Positions 1 through 11,560 of a stretch of 64,000 nucleotides of DNA are shown here, piece after piece. How positions within the stretch are numbered: position 1 is the stretch's first letter; every line of letters starts with the position of its first letter. The notes beneath the pieces are model-generated. The model searched no databases. It was not told the DNA's origin and saw only the letters and a list, made by a program, of their open reading frames with translations. Both the position numbers and the translations under genes were made by a program. The stretch is from the NCBI RefSeq assembly GCF_004010195.1, contig NC_057718.1:10716460-10780459 (forward strand). The letters run 5' to 3'. Source of the stretch: Chiloscyllium plagiosum. Its lineage: Eukaryota.

Positions 1-76
1 GCTCGCGCTCTCGCGCTCTCGCGCGCGCTCTCGCTCTCGCTCTCTCTCGCGCGCGCTCGCGCTCTCGCTCTCTCTC
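1..76. repeat. (GC)n/(CT)n compound microsatellite
   Basis: gctcgcgctctcgcgctctc... low-complexity tract at the window start, inside the PLE-like tail that continues to about 573. Confidence 0.9.
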
Positions 77-573
77 CCCCCAACCCAGACAGACAAAGAC
101 CCACATGCACACATATATTTTGTGGGGTGAATTTGTACTTGCAGGGTTACATTGTACTGCATGCATTCATGTAGAACTCCGTTATCTCACTTTTTTAGAT
201 TAGAATCAATCTAAACATCATGGCATAGACAGAGAACACAGGAGGCCAACACCTTCAACATATTGTCTAGCTATCACCATTGTTAACAGCTAACCCGAGA
301 ATGCAACTGCTTTTTTTAAAAAGGTTTTGTGATTTTCACATGAAAGAAGTGAAACTATCACGGTATTCTAACAGATGAAAGGCTTAACAGACAATCAATT
401 TTTCAATGTATAATTTCAGTTGCGTCACACCATGAAATTTTGGTTCTAAATTCTGTATGTTATGATTGAGCCCTCCACTACCACCTGATGAAGGAGCGAC
501 GCTCCGAAAGCTAGTGTGCTTCCAATTAAACCTGTTGGACTATAACCTGGTGTGTGATTTTTAACTTTGTACA
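77..573 (+). mobile_element. 3' non-coding end / pseudo-LTR of a Penelope-like element (family B) with a hammerhead motif at 482-516
   Basis: Ends in cacCTGATGAaggagcgacgctccGAAAGCTAgtg...cctgttggactataacctggtgtgtgatttttaactttgt. Related sequence occurs on the minus strand at 25026-25745 and as short copies at 1503-1630 and 39340-39527. No coding part seen, so the PLE assignment is by analogy. Confidence 0.65.
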
Positions 574-659
574 CTTAGATGAAATCCTGCAGTGCTCATT
601 GGAACATACTTGAACCAACACCAGTCCCAGCTGCTTAATAGCCTACCTGTGGTTCACTG

Positions 660-1470
660 CAAAAATCAGGTTCAACTCCACCTCCGGGCGATTGTCTGTG
701 TGGAGTTTGCACATTCGCCCAGTGTCTGCATGGGTTTCCTCCCACAATCCAAATATGGGCAGGTTAGGTGAATTGGCCGTGCTAAATTGCCCACAGTGTT
801 CAGGGATGCGTAGGCTAGGTGCATTTAGTCAGGGCTAAATATAGGGTAGAGGAATAGGTCTGGTTGGGCTACTGTTTGGTGGGTCGTTTTTCCCCCCCCC
901 CCCCCCTCAGTCGAAGCAAAATGCTCAGAGATAAAGTGTAGTTTTACCCCCTTCATCTTTGTTCCGGGCTCTGGAGAGAGCGAGACAACGATTGCCCATG
1001 TGCAGACATGAGTTCACGGCCTTCTCTGAAAGAGCAGTTACTCAATGAACTATATAGTCACTCTACAGGGAGGAGCATCGGGATATGGGAACATACATAT
1101 TACTTGGGTGACTATTACAATCAACTAGTATCAATAGTAAAGATTAAGCCGTCTGCTGTTACACAATGATTAACTGACTTCACATAATGAATACTTTTCA
1201 CCTTGTTAACTGACATTACATACTGAATGCTACCTCATCTTGTAAAATGGCTCTATATAATGAATGTTTTTCAACCCATTACCCTTGTCTCCAGCACTCC
1301 ATTGTTCACTGGAAGTTCTTATCTGATCTGAATCATGCTCAGCTGAGCGTCGTGTTTCACAAAATTCAGAACTTAACTCCTTCCCTACCTACTTAAACCC
1401 CATACACATTCTCAGGGTCAGCGTGGACTTGTTGGGCCGAAGGGCCTATATCCACACAAGGGATTCTAAT
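660..1470 (+). mobile_element. HE1-type V-SINE split in two (about 660-885 and 1415-1470) by a 529-bp insertion
   Basis: V-SINE core tgtgtggagtttgcacattc...gggtttcctcccaca near 695-750. The tail gtggacttgttgggccgaagggcct resumes only after 1415. Confidence 0.8.
886..1414. mobile_element. Unclassified 529-bp insertion with gggtc direct repeats, possible solo LTR
   Basis: gggtc at 881-885 and 1415-1419 flank sequence that interrupts the SINE; right end is ...ttctCA. Confidence 0.5.
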
Positions 1471-1502
1471 TCGAGCTAAAGTTGCTGAATGATTTGTTGA
1501 CA

Positions 1503-1630
1503 TGATTTGGAGATGCCTGTGTTGGACTGGGGAGTACAAAGTCTAAAAATCACAGGTTATAGTCCAACAAGTTTAGTTGGAAGTACACAAGCTTTCGGAG
1601 CGCCGCTTCTTCATCGGGTGGGTGTGGACT
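1503..1630 (-). mobile_element. Short PLE pseudo-LTR fragment (family B), hammerhead core mutated
   Basis: Reverse complement reads cacccgatgaagaagcggcgctccgaaagcttgtg..., homologous to 482-573. Confidence 0.7.
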
Positions 1631-2254
1631 CACAATCACCCGATTTGATGGCCTCCCAATCAAACTATGCCTCCTTCAATCATGCAATGTTTTTGAAAAA
1701 GAGGCTGACTAAATTCAGAGATAATGCTTGTTGCTGTTGAAAATCAAATCTTGCATTTTAAAAAGTTCACCATTTTAATTTCTAGGAGGCTTGATATTTC
1801 ATCATTAGTCCCATGTGTACTTCACTCACTGTGAAACTTTCATTAGAAGTGACAATTTCAGTGCCTTTCATTCTCTATATTTATAACAGTGGTGACACTT
1901 CACCTCACAAGTAGAATAAGCCATTAAATTAGCTCTTGAACTAGTTGTCCGGTTCAAGTAGAATGCATTATTTGTTCATTTAGAGGCTACTGTCTGACAG
2001 GTAATCTGAGCATGATAAGCACATTAACTGGTGTGCATTGTCCATTTATTGTTGTCAATCCAATAATTCATACCTTTGTTTGAATGAATTTTGCTGGTAT
2101 GTGTTTTACAATTTCTGATTGTGCATCAGGAGGACCTTGCAACCAATACAGCACCAAATATACAAATGTCTGGGTTATTTTCATTGAAGGATGCCCAGCA
2201 CATTATTACATCAGAGTTGTGAGGTGAAATCATGAGTTTGTCTTTTGAAGTATT

Positions 2255-2480
2255 AATTATGATAGCACTCATTGTGCTCTCGCGTGTGAATCAGAAGGTT
2301 GAGAGTTCAGTTCCACTTCTTCAGATCAACACCTCTTGTGTAGCGCTGAGGGAATGTTTGAAGTCATCAGCTTTAAAATCATACATTAAACTGAGATCAT
2401 ATCTGCCTACTCAAATGGTTGCTGTGGGAAAACAATACAATACAAGAATATACTACAACAATGACTGCACTTCATAAATA
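2255..2480 (+). mobile_element. Old tRNA-derived SINE remnant (DeuSINE/SacSINE1-like)
   Basis: gaatcagaaggttgagagttcagttccact head followed by ...attaaactgagatcatatctgcctactca; loosely similar to 40370-40565 and 43050-43350. Confidence 0.45.
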
Positions 2481-2879
2481 ATTCTTCATTACAAAGAAGG
2501 GAGGATGGGTAAATTGAAAGTTCTTCCCTTCTGTCCATAATCATGTGATTTAGTTTTGAAAATGTAGATTGTGTAAGCTTTGGCAATAACAGAAGTGAAA
2601 CTTCACAAAGGAGTGCTGTTTGTGTCCAATCAAGGAAACCCCCACTTGTTATGACTTGACTTTGGAATTTTCTAGAAGCTTGATCATGAGTGCTGAATTA
2701 GAGAAGTTCATCTGATATACATTTCAACTCCTGTCACCACCAACTAAGCAATCATTTTGACAGTTTGTGTTTTTCAAAAAAATAATAAACACTCTAGCTT
2801 GACAATGAAATGCTTTGGGATTTGTTTTCATCACTTGTACAGTGTTTGTTGTCCATATCTAAATGCCTGGTGACCAGCT

Positions 2880-3470
2880 AAAAGTCAACTACTGTACTTT
2901 GCTGTGGGTCTACAGATACATATAAACCTGACCAGATAAGAATGGCAGATTTCCTTCCCTAAAGGACATTAAGTTTAACCAAATAATAGGTTGTTACAAC
3001 AATCAAGTGGCCAGGTTAGTCTTCCCATCCAGACTTTTATTAAATTTGTGGGCGGCACGGTGGCACAGTGGTTAGCACTGCTGCCTCACAGCGCCAGGGA
3101 TCCGGATTCAATTCCCGCCTCAGGCGACTGACTGTGTGGAGTTTGCACATTCTCCCCGTGTCTGCGTGGGTTTTCTCCGGGTGCTCCGGTTTCCTCCCAC
3201 ACTCCAAAAATGTGCAGATTAGGTGAATTGGCCACGCTAAATTGCCTGTAGTGTTAGGTGCAGGGGTAAATGTAGGGGAATGGGTCTGGGTGGGTGCGCT
3301 TCGGCGGGTCGGTGTGGACTTGTTGGGCCGAAGGGCCTGTTTCCACACTGTAAAGTAATCTAATCTAATCTAATTATCTACCATGATGGAATTTGAATCC
3401 ATGTCCCCACAACATTCACTTAGTGCTTTGGATTGCTAGTCCAGTGACATTGCCACTATGCCAGCTCCTC
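2880..3470 (-). mobile_element. Old SINE (family also at 29260-30510 and 53090-53520), interrupted by the HE1 at 3050-3373
   Basis: Reverse complement of 3375-3465 gives tggcatagtggcaatgtcactggactagcaatcca...ggacatggattcaaattcc. 2925-2970 matches the ctttagggaaggaaatctgcc segment of the other copies. Confidence 0.6.
3050..3373 (+). mobile_element. HE1-type V-SINE, full length
   Basis: tRNA-like head with A box (tggcacagtgg) and B-box-like ggattcaattccc, V core, LINE-derived tail, (aatct)n end. Confidence 0.92.
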
Positions 3471-3789
3471 CCCAATTTCATGAAAGCTGCCACAAAAATT
3501 GATTTTTCAAGGGCAAATGCAGCCTTGACCGAATCCTAGACCAAGGACGTATTTTTTTTCCAGCCAACCATATTTCTGTCATTTTTGCATTTGTACCTAA
3601 CTCAGTAATCCAGCTCAATTTTTGCAATCAGCAATTAAGTGATGCTGCTTATCACTGACCACAGAAGATTTGATGATCTGAGGTACGGATTTTCCTCTTT
3701 CTTGATAGCAGTTTGAACAAATTTGTGGACAGATTATGGAAAAATTTAAAAATGGGGTTGTTGTGGTTTTTTTTTAAACACCTCCTATA

Positions 3790-4715
3790 TTGACTGGAAC
3801 TCTTCCAGGGGCTTGGATTGGAGGGAATTTGTTAGAGATGTCCAAGAGGGGTGTTTTTTGAAGCCAGGTGTAAATGGCCCAACAAAGGAAGGGGCCTACT
3901 AGACCCATTGTTGGGAAATGATTGAAGTTTCATTGGAGGAGCATTTTGGCAACACCAAAAATGCTGTAAGTTTTAAATTACTTATGGATAAGGATAAGAG
4001 TAGTCCTTGGGAGAAAGTACTAAATTGGGGGAACAACAATATTGGGCAGGAACTGGGGATGTAGATTGGGGGCAGCTATTGGAGGGAAATCCACATAATC
4101 TGGGAATCTTTTAAAGGCCAGCTGATTAAAGTTCAGGACTAACATTTTCATGTGAAAATGAAAGATAAGGATGGCAAGATTTGGGAACCTTCGATAAGAG
4201 AAATTGTGAACTTAATCAAAATTAAAAAGGGGACAAGGGGTTTAGGAAACTGAAGGCTGACAGCTCTCAGAGAGCAGGAATTACCTTAAGGAAGGAGTTG
4301 GGGCTTATAGGAGCCTTGGCGAACAGGATTAAGAAAAATCCCAAGGCATTCAATGCATATAAAAGGAGCAAGAGGGTAGCTAGGAAAAAGGATAAGTCCA
4401 CTCCAGGCTAAAGGAGGGAATTTTTGGATGGAGCCAGAGAAATAGGACGAAGTCCTTAGTGAATACTTTGCATTGGTATTCACAAAGGAGTAGGATATGG
4501 GGGATGGTGAGTCTAGAGAAGGAAATGTGGATGTTCTGAGGCATGTAAATATAAAAGAGGGAGGTGGTGTTGAAAAGCATTAAGATAGATAAGTCGCCAG
4601 GACCTGATGGGATCTATCTCCAAATACTGAGGGAGGCAATGGAAGAAAGTGCTGGTGCCTTGTGCAAAGTCTTTATATGGTCTTTGAGAGAGATCCCAGA
4701 GGACTGGAGAATGGC
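3790..4715 (+). mobile_element. CR1-clade LINE ORF2 fragment, decayed
   Basis: Translates to IKIDKSPGPDGIY...PEDWRMA; homologous to 46500-47490. Confidence 0.85.
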
Positions 4716-4717
4716 CA

Positions 4718-5212
4718 TAGACATAGTGTCATACAGCTTGCAAACAGACCCTTTGGTCCAACCAGTTCATGCCAACCATGTTTCCAAATGAAACTAGTCC
4801 CACCTGCCTGCCCTTGGCCCATATCCCTCTGAACCTTTCCTATTCATGAACTTATACAAATGTTTGTTAAGCATTGCAACTGTACCTGTATTCCACACAT
4901 GAACTACCCTGTATGTTTTTTTTTAAAACTTTGCCCCTCATGTCCTTTTGAAATCTCTCTCCTCTCACCTTGAAAATATGCCCCCTAGTTTTGAACTGTA
5001 GGGAAAAGACTTGTCATTCACATTACCTATGCACCTCAATTTTATAAACATCAATACGAACACCCCTCAATCTCCTCCGCTCCAATGAAAAAGTCCCAGC
5101 CTTTCCAGACTATTTTTATGTCAAACCCTCCATCCCTGGCAACATCCTGGTAAGTTTTTTCTGAACTCTCTTCAGCTTAATATCCTTTCTATAATAGGGC
5201 AATCAGAACTGC
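4718..5212 (-). mobile_element. CR1/HER1-type LINE 3' end
   Basis: Reverse complement of the CR1 3' end seen at 48350-48880; runs into the gap. Confidence 0.85.
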
Positions 5213-5712
5213 NNNNNNNNNNNNNNNNNNNNNNNNNNNNNNNNNNNNNNNNNNNNNNNNNNNNNNNNNNNNNNNNNNNNNNNNNNNNNNNNNNNNNNNN
5301 NNNNNNNNNNNNNNNNNNNNNNNNNNNNNNNNNNNNNNNNNNNNNNNNNNNNNNNNNNNNNNNNNNNNNNNNNNNNNNNNNNNNNNNNNNNNNNNNNNNN
5401 NNNNNNNNNNNNNNNNNNNNNNNNNNNNNNNNNNNNNNNNNNNNNNNNNNNNNNNNNNNNNNNNNNNNNNNNNNNNNNNNNNNNNNNNNNNNNNNNNNNN
5501 NNNNNNNNNNNNNNNNNNNNNNNNNNNNNNNNNNNNNNNNNNNNNNNNNNNNNNNNNNNNNNNNNNNNNNNNNNNNNNNNNNNNNNNNNNNNNNNNNNNN
5601 NNNNNNNNNNNNNNNNNNNNNNNNNNNNNNNNNNNNNNNNNNNNNNNNNNNNNNNNNNNNNNNNNNNNNNNNNNNNNNNNNNNNNNNNNNNNNNNNNNNN
5701 NNNNNNNNNNNN
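5213..5712. other. Assembly gap (500 N)
   Basis: Run of N. Confidence 1.
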
Positions 5713-6289
5713 TTCATCCACTTTCTGCAGCGGTATGGTCTTTTCTCAATCCCAGGAGTCATGAATTGACCTAACAGGGACCTTGTCTTAATTTTTCAAA
5801 AATCTTTTCGTGACTATGTCTTCTGTTATTAATATTGACAGTGTGGTATGATGACTTGAATACTTTTTACAAAAAGTAATGTGGCTTTTCCCTAGTATTT
5901 AGAAATACGGAAGATGATTTGATTGAAGTTTAGGATCTTGAATGATCTTAAGTTGAACGTAGAAAGGACATTTATTCTTGTGATTCCAGAATCGGGCACA
6001 GTGTTTTAATGTAACAGACTTTTACTCTATTCTATCCTTTGCATAATAAACTATTATGTGGCATCTTGTCAAACGTTTTTGATATTTCAATTGCTCCTTT
6101 GATTAATTAAACCCAACTGCTGTTCTGATGGAATCTTTGTTAAAATCTAGCTCGAGGGTGTGCATTTAGCATTGAACCGAAATCTACAGTTTGATTTGGA
6201 CTGTACAAAATTTGGACTTAAACAAAAAGGTTAGGACTTTGTTACCCACCACCTGCCAGTATTCAGTCTCAAACCTGCAGAACTAAAGT

Positions 6290-6375
6290 AAGAAGGGCTA
6301 ATGCCCGAAACGTCGATTCTCCTGTTCCCTAGATGCTGCCTGACCTGCTGCGCTTCTCCAGCAACACATTTCCAT
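6290..6375 (+). mobile_element. Truncated PLE pseudo-LTR (family A)
   Basis: agaagggctaatgcccgaaacgtcgattctcctgttccct...; 5' part of the hammerhead core missing. Confidence 0.8.
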
Positions 6376-6443
6376 CTAAGTACTCTATGGCCTAGTGATG
6401 AATATGGAATTTGTGCTGCTTGTAAGTTTGCTTCCTACCAGAA

Positions 6444-6755
6444 TTAGATGACTTAGTGTGGAAACAGGCCCTTCGGCCCAACAAGTCCACACTGACCCGC
6501 CGAAGCGTAATCCACCCAGACCCATTCCCCTACGTTTACCCCTTCATCTAACACTAGGGGCAGTTTAGCATGGCCAATTCACCTAACCTGCACATCTTTG
6601 GATTGTGGGAGGAAACCGGAGCACCCGGAGGAAACCCACGCAGACACGGGGAGAATGTGCAAACTCCACACAGTCAGTCGCCTGAGGCAGGAATTAAACC
6701 CGGGTCTCTGGCGCTGTGAGGCAGCAGTGCTAACCACTGTGCCACCGTGCCGCCC
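6444..6755 (-). mobile_element. HE1-type V-SINE, full length
   Basis: Reverse complement of the 3050-3373 consensus. Confidence 0.92.
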
Positions 6756-6860
6756 AGTAAATGATTCACACTGCAAGTAGCTGATGGGGTTGTGGCATGG
6801 TGTAGTGGTCTCTGCTTTCTGTTTTTTTTAATCATTGACTTTCCAATTTTATTTCTGCAG

Positions 6861-7061
6861 CACTGGGGATTAATGTCAATCTCTCTACTAAATATTTTGA
6901 TATCGTTGGCCTGCTCAGTTGGACTGATGCTTGCCATTGTGCTGACAGTATCACTTGGTGGCAGGAACCTCATTTCTGGCTGCAACTCCACAATGGTGCC
7001 AGCTATCTCGAACAGGGCAGCGATAATGAATGAGTGCCCATTTGACACCACACGTATTTAT
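6861..7061 (+). CDS. KRTCAP3: KRTCAP3-like (BCLP/TMEM54 family) internal coding exon, 201 nt, phase 0/0
   Basis: ttttatttctgcag acceptor and gtaagt donor. Encodes HWGLMSISLLNILISLACSVGLMLAIVLTVSLGGRNLISGCNSTMVPAISNRAAIMNECPFDTTRIY, matching the recalled HW...CS.GL.LA..LTV..GGR.LI..C...CPFD.TRIY pattern of KRTCAP3. Confidence 0.9.
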
Positions 7062-8589
7062 GTAAGTATTCAGGCATTTCGGCATCTTTTGAAGGTAGGA
7101 GGATAGGAAATGCTATCCTGTCCACCTGACTGGCTCTAATTCCGAGCTTCATCCATGTGGATTTTAAGTTGCAACAGAAAGATGTGAGGGCTTTTGACAA
7201 ATTGAAGAGACTGGACCTGTGTTCTCAGTTTAGAATAATGAGAGGTAATCTCATTGAAGTATACAAAATTCTTACATTTGATAGCTGATGCAGGAATTAT
7301 GGCTCCCTTGGTGGAGGATCTGGGGGGAGGTGGCATCTAGAGCTGGGGGTTTGGCGGGGGGGGGGGGGGGGGAGCACAGTCTCAAAATAAGGGCAGGCCA
7401 TTTCTGACTGAGCTGAGAAGGAAATTTTTTTCACTTGGAATGGTGAGTCTTTGGAGTCCTCCACTACAGAGGATTGGAGGCCATTGACAGTCATTTAAGT
7501 CGATAAACCTTCTACTTGATACAGTCATTCCCATGTGTTTCTCTTTCTGGTGAGTTTAAATTAGAGCTCTTCAGTTAGCACCATACACAGGGTCATTTAT
7601 TTGATTCCACATGATGTATTATTTTCATTGTTCACTGTGGCGAGAATGGTCTGTTAGTCAGAAATAACGCAAAAGTTGTTGGTCAAATAAATGCCCAACA
7701 TAGTGACTATACCAATTAGTGAGAGTTCATTTCTCCTTTAATTAAAATCTCTTCCCTTGATTCAGATCTGTTTGCTTCATGCCAGAGTAGAGTGGACACA
7801 AATGTATGATAAAACATGTTTACTTCAGTCCTATAGCAGTTAAATCAAGTAAGAGTTTATTACCTGACAAAGGATAGTTGAGGGTCGAATTTCAAACTGT
7901 GTGTGGAAGGCAGAATTCTGTTGCCTTGTAATTTGTGCAACAAACAGACGCCTTTAGTATTTTTTCCCCACCATATGATCAGCAGGAGCACATGGCGAGT
8001 CCTGAAATAAATAAAATTGGTACTTGCCTCCTCACTGTATGTTAAATGTGTGACAGTCAGGGGGTTGGCATTGGGCTGACTACAGCATTCGTTAAAGCTG
8101 GTTTTTATATTTTTCCCAACTCCCTTTCTTTTTGCTAACCTTAGTAAATTTGGAAATATTACTTGACTGTTGCTGCAAGCTGTATGAAATTTGAATGATC
8201 AGGACTGACTGCTCTCACATGGCATTTAAGTAATAGGAGAGTAGCTTAAGAGTGACATTACAGGTGCCTTCAATTTTAAAGCAATGATAATGTCAGCCTT
8301 GTCAACATAAATTGATCATAAAAATGGCATTGTGAGTGTTTGCAATGTAAAATCAGCGTATGAGTTGGTGCTCCTAGTATACAAACGTGATCTGAAGTCA
8401 TAAGTGAATCTGATAAACAAACCATTACCTTGAACAGATCAAAAGGAATATTTGTGCACCTGGGAAATCCCAAAAAAGGGAGCAAATAAAGACCAAATCT
8501 ATTTTGCAAGCACACTTCCCACTACAACAGATCCTGTTTGTATTCGAGACTGGGGTTTTCTGTCAAACATCTGTCAACAGTCTGGAACT

Positions 8590-9530
8590 GAAACCATAGA
8601 AACACACAAGATAGGAGTAGGAGGAGACTATTTGGCCCTTTTGAGCATGTTCTGCCATTCATCACAAACATGGCTGACTGTCCAATTCAGGAGCCTAATC
8701 CTTAGAGGATGCTTTCACTCCATAACCATGTGAGTGGGCAGCACGGTGGCACAGTGGTTAGCACTGCTGCCTCACAGCGCCAGAGACCCGGGTTCAATTC
8801 CCGACTCAGGCGACTGACTGTGTGGAGTTTGCACATTCTCCCCGTGTCTGCGTGGGTTTCCTCCGGGTGCTCCGGTTTCCTCCCACAGTCACAAAGATGT
8901 GCGGGTTAGGTGAATTGGCCATGCTAAATTGCCCATAGTGTTAGGTTAAAGGGGGTAAATGTAGGGGTATGGGTGGGTTGCGCTTCGGCGGGTCGGTGTG
9001 GACTTGTTGGGCCGAAGGGCCTGTTTCCGCACTGTAAGTAATCTAATCTAATCTAATAACCTTTGATTCCATTCGCCCTGAGTGTTATTATCTAGCTGCC
9101 TCTTGAATACATTGTGTTTTGGCATCAAGTACATCCTGAGGTAATAAATTCCACAGATTCACCACTCTTCAGATGAAGAAATGTCTCCTCATTTCTGTCC
9201 GAAATGGTCTACCCCAAATCCTCAGACTGTTCCCTGGTTTTGGACACACCCACCATCAGGAACATCCTCCCTGCATCTACCCTGTTGAGGCCTGTTGGAA
9301 TTTTATAAGTCTCTGTGATTTCCCTCCTCACTCGTCTGAACTCCAACAAAAACAATCCTAACCTAGTCAATCTCTCCTCATACATCAGTCCCGCCATTCC
9401 TGGAATCAGCCTGGTTAATCTTCGCTGCACTCCCTTGAGCAAAACCATCCTTACTTAGAAAAGTAAATCAAAACTGCAAACAATATTCTAGGTGTGCACT
9501 CCCCAAGACCCTGTATAACTGCAACTGCAC
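8590..9530 (-). mobile_element. CR1-clade LINE 3' fragment interrupted by HE1
   Basis: Minus-strand ORF GVQRRLTRLIPGMAGLMYEERLTRLGLFLLEFRR is the CR1 ORF2 C-terminus. Confidence 0.8.
8736..9056 (+). mobile_element. HE1-type V-SINE, full length
   Basis: Same consensus; B box ggttcaattccc; (aatct)n tail. Confidence 0.92.
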
Positions 9531-10159
9531 ATCCCTAGAATCCCACAGTTCAAAAGGAACACATTCAGCCCATCATTTCCATGCCATCTTTTTGAAAGAT
9601 CTCTCCAGTTACTTTCTCTACACCCATCTCTTACCTCAAACTCCTCAAATTTTATCCCTCGAACTATTCATCCAATCTCCTTTTGCAGTTCGTTACTGCA
9701 TTCACTAAAGCCACCTTTTTTGTCAAAACCCACTATGTAAATGAAATTCTCTCCATCTTACACTGACCTCTGTTTATTTTCCCTTTGCAGAGTAAGTGTG
9801 CAAACAGCAATTCTAATGTCACTATTGTTATCTACCTGAGATTGACAAATTCAAAACTTATCTGAGCCACCTTGGGCTATCTGACTGCTGCATTTGGAGA
9901 TAACCCTGTTACCCTTGTATTATTCTACAAATTATTTTCATGTTATTTTCTGAATGAAGTGAAATGTAGTGCAGTGGCAGTTTCATCTGCACCTGCGATT
10001 CTTATTGTCATCCCTTACTCCTGTTTGTTTTCATTCCAGAGACCAATCTGTTTGAAGAGCTGTAAGTTAGCACATTTGGAATTTGGTCACGTGATTCCAA
10101 ACTAAAATTGACAGAATATTTTGCTCGTGTGATGATCCTTTTTTTTTCTCTGTTTCCAG

Positions 10160-10294
10160 GATACTACACTGGCTTTATGGATTCCATCAATGATGATGTC
10201 TGCAATTGAAGCAATACTATCTATCCGCTGTCTTATAGTATCGATGATTCTTCGAGGGATAGGGCCTTGTGGACAGAATGATGTGATAGATCGG
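10160..10294 (+). CDS. KRTCAP3: KRTCAP3-like coding exon, 135 nt, phase 0/0
   Basis: Long polypyrimidine tract plus ccag acceptor, gtcagt donor. Encodes DTTLALWIPSMMMSAIEAILSIRCLIVSMILRGIGPCGQNDVIDR, continuing TRIY|DT.LALWIPS and LRG.GPC of KRTCAP3. Confidence 0.9.
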
Positions 10295-11064
10295 GTCAGT
10301 ATGTCCTTGCACCCTAGAGCATGTGAATGTGTCTACATGAGGCAAATATGTATGTTAGAATTATGTAGTTGGTCATTTGCATGTGACTAGCTGCATAGTA
10401 TGTGAGTGTTTTTAAAAGTATGACATACGTATATGCGTGACTGTGTGTGAAGTCATTGTTTTATTCTATTGATAATGCACAGACTGTCTAACGATAGATT
10501 GCATCTCTGGTTTGCTTAAGTATTGTTCTTCAGTGCATGTGAAACTGACATTCCTGACTGTAATGAAGACCCTGAATTGATATATTTGACCCCACCGAAA
10601 CTGTTCATTTTTCCTTTTCTCATCTGCCGTCTGTTAAACACAGAGTACAGGCACAGTGGTCTGAATGTTCTTCTGTTATGCATGATACCACAGCATGTGT
10701 GTAGGAGTATAGCACACCCTTAGTTATTTCACTTCAGTGTTCTTGGCCTGACTTTCACACTGTACAATGCTCCTGATCATATTTTAAGTATTTGATGATG
10801 CATACTCCAACATTAGTGTGACTGTGTAGAGGAGTTCAATGTGGTGTTAAAAAAAATTCATTTCATTTTAAAGTTGCATTTCCATGAAAACAAGTTGGCA
10901 ACATCCTTTCTCAATTAGTTGCACAGAACCTGTTAACTTGAGAAGGTGACAGCATTGGTTCAGGTTTGATCATTATTCAGGTTCTTTCTCCCCAAAAAAG
11001 TACCCATGATTTTAAAAGTGCATAATTTGTCAGAAATTCAATGCTGTGAACAAATGTTTGTTAG

Positions 11065-11154
11065 ATCGCGGAGGAAAACCCAGCGAAAGGAAAGAAAAGC
11101 CAGGAATTGGAAACTCATAAACTCATCAGGAAGAGTAGAGACATCCAGGTGTAG
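11065..11154 (+). CDS. KRTCAP3: KRTCAP3-like last coding exon (exon continues to 11162)
   Basis: tgtttgttag acceptor; in phase 0 reads IAEENPAKGKKSQELETHKLIRKSRDIQV*, a hydrophilic tail of the expected length; strong cag|gtgagt donor at 11163. Confidence 0.72.
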   Translation: MAEENPAKGKKSQELETHKLIRKSRDIQV

Positions 11155-11560
11155 TGAAGCAGGTGAGTGTGTGGGATTTCCCACTGGCCTGAGGTCTAAT
11201 AAAGTTACTGTAAGATCTAGTTTGTATGGTATTAGAAATTTTGATTTTGTTTTCTGCTCACTCTGGGGCATTGGGGAAGATGGGGTTAAGGAAGGTGCGG
11301 TAGAAGATCAACAATAATCGTATTGAATGTTTGAGTAGGTTCAAGGAGCTATATGATCACTCTTGCTCCTGTTCCTTAGGTTCATCCTAACCTTGGAGTA
11401 ACAGTACTCCTGTATGTTACTGAAGGAGTGCTGCATCATTGGCAATTTCTTCTTTCAGCGGAAAAAATCTGAGGCTTTGAATCTCCTATTAAAAGTGGTT
11501 CCTCTGGTTGACAGTCCAGAGTGTAGTGTCTTGAGCCTTTCAATCATAGTGAGATGGTAT

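Noticed and set aside
2232..2477. ORF segment VLIMIALIVLSRVNQK as the missing short KRTCAP3 exon
   Set aside because: It overlaps an old SINE head and has no convincing splice sites giving a phase-0 exon of the expected size.
3050..3120. tRNA genes at HE1 5' ends
   Set aside because: A/B boxes belong to tRNA-derived SINE heads continuous with the V core and LINE tail; they are not standalone tRNAs.
5713..5740. ctgcagcg|gtatgg right after the gap as the end of a KRTCAP3 exon
   Set aside because: Too little sequence and no recognisable similarity to the expected peptide.
5172..5762. Long ORFs spanning N runs (also 33620-34585)
   Set aside because: Artefacts of translating assembly gaps; only the PLE part at 33700-34081 is meaningful.
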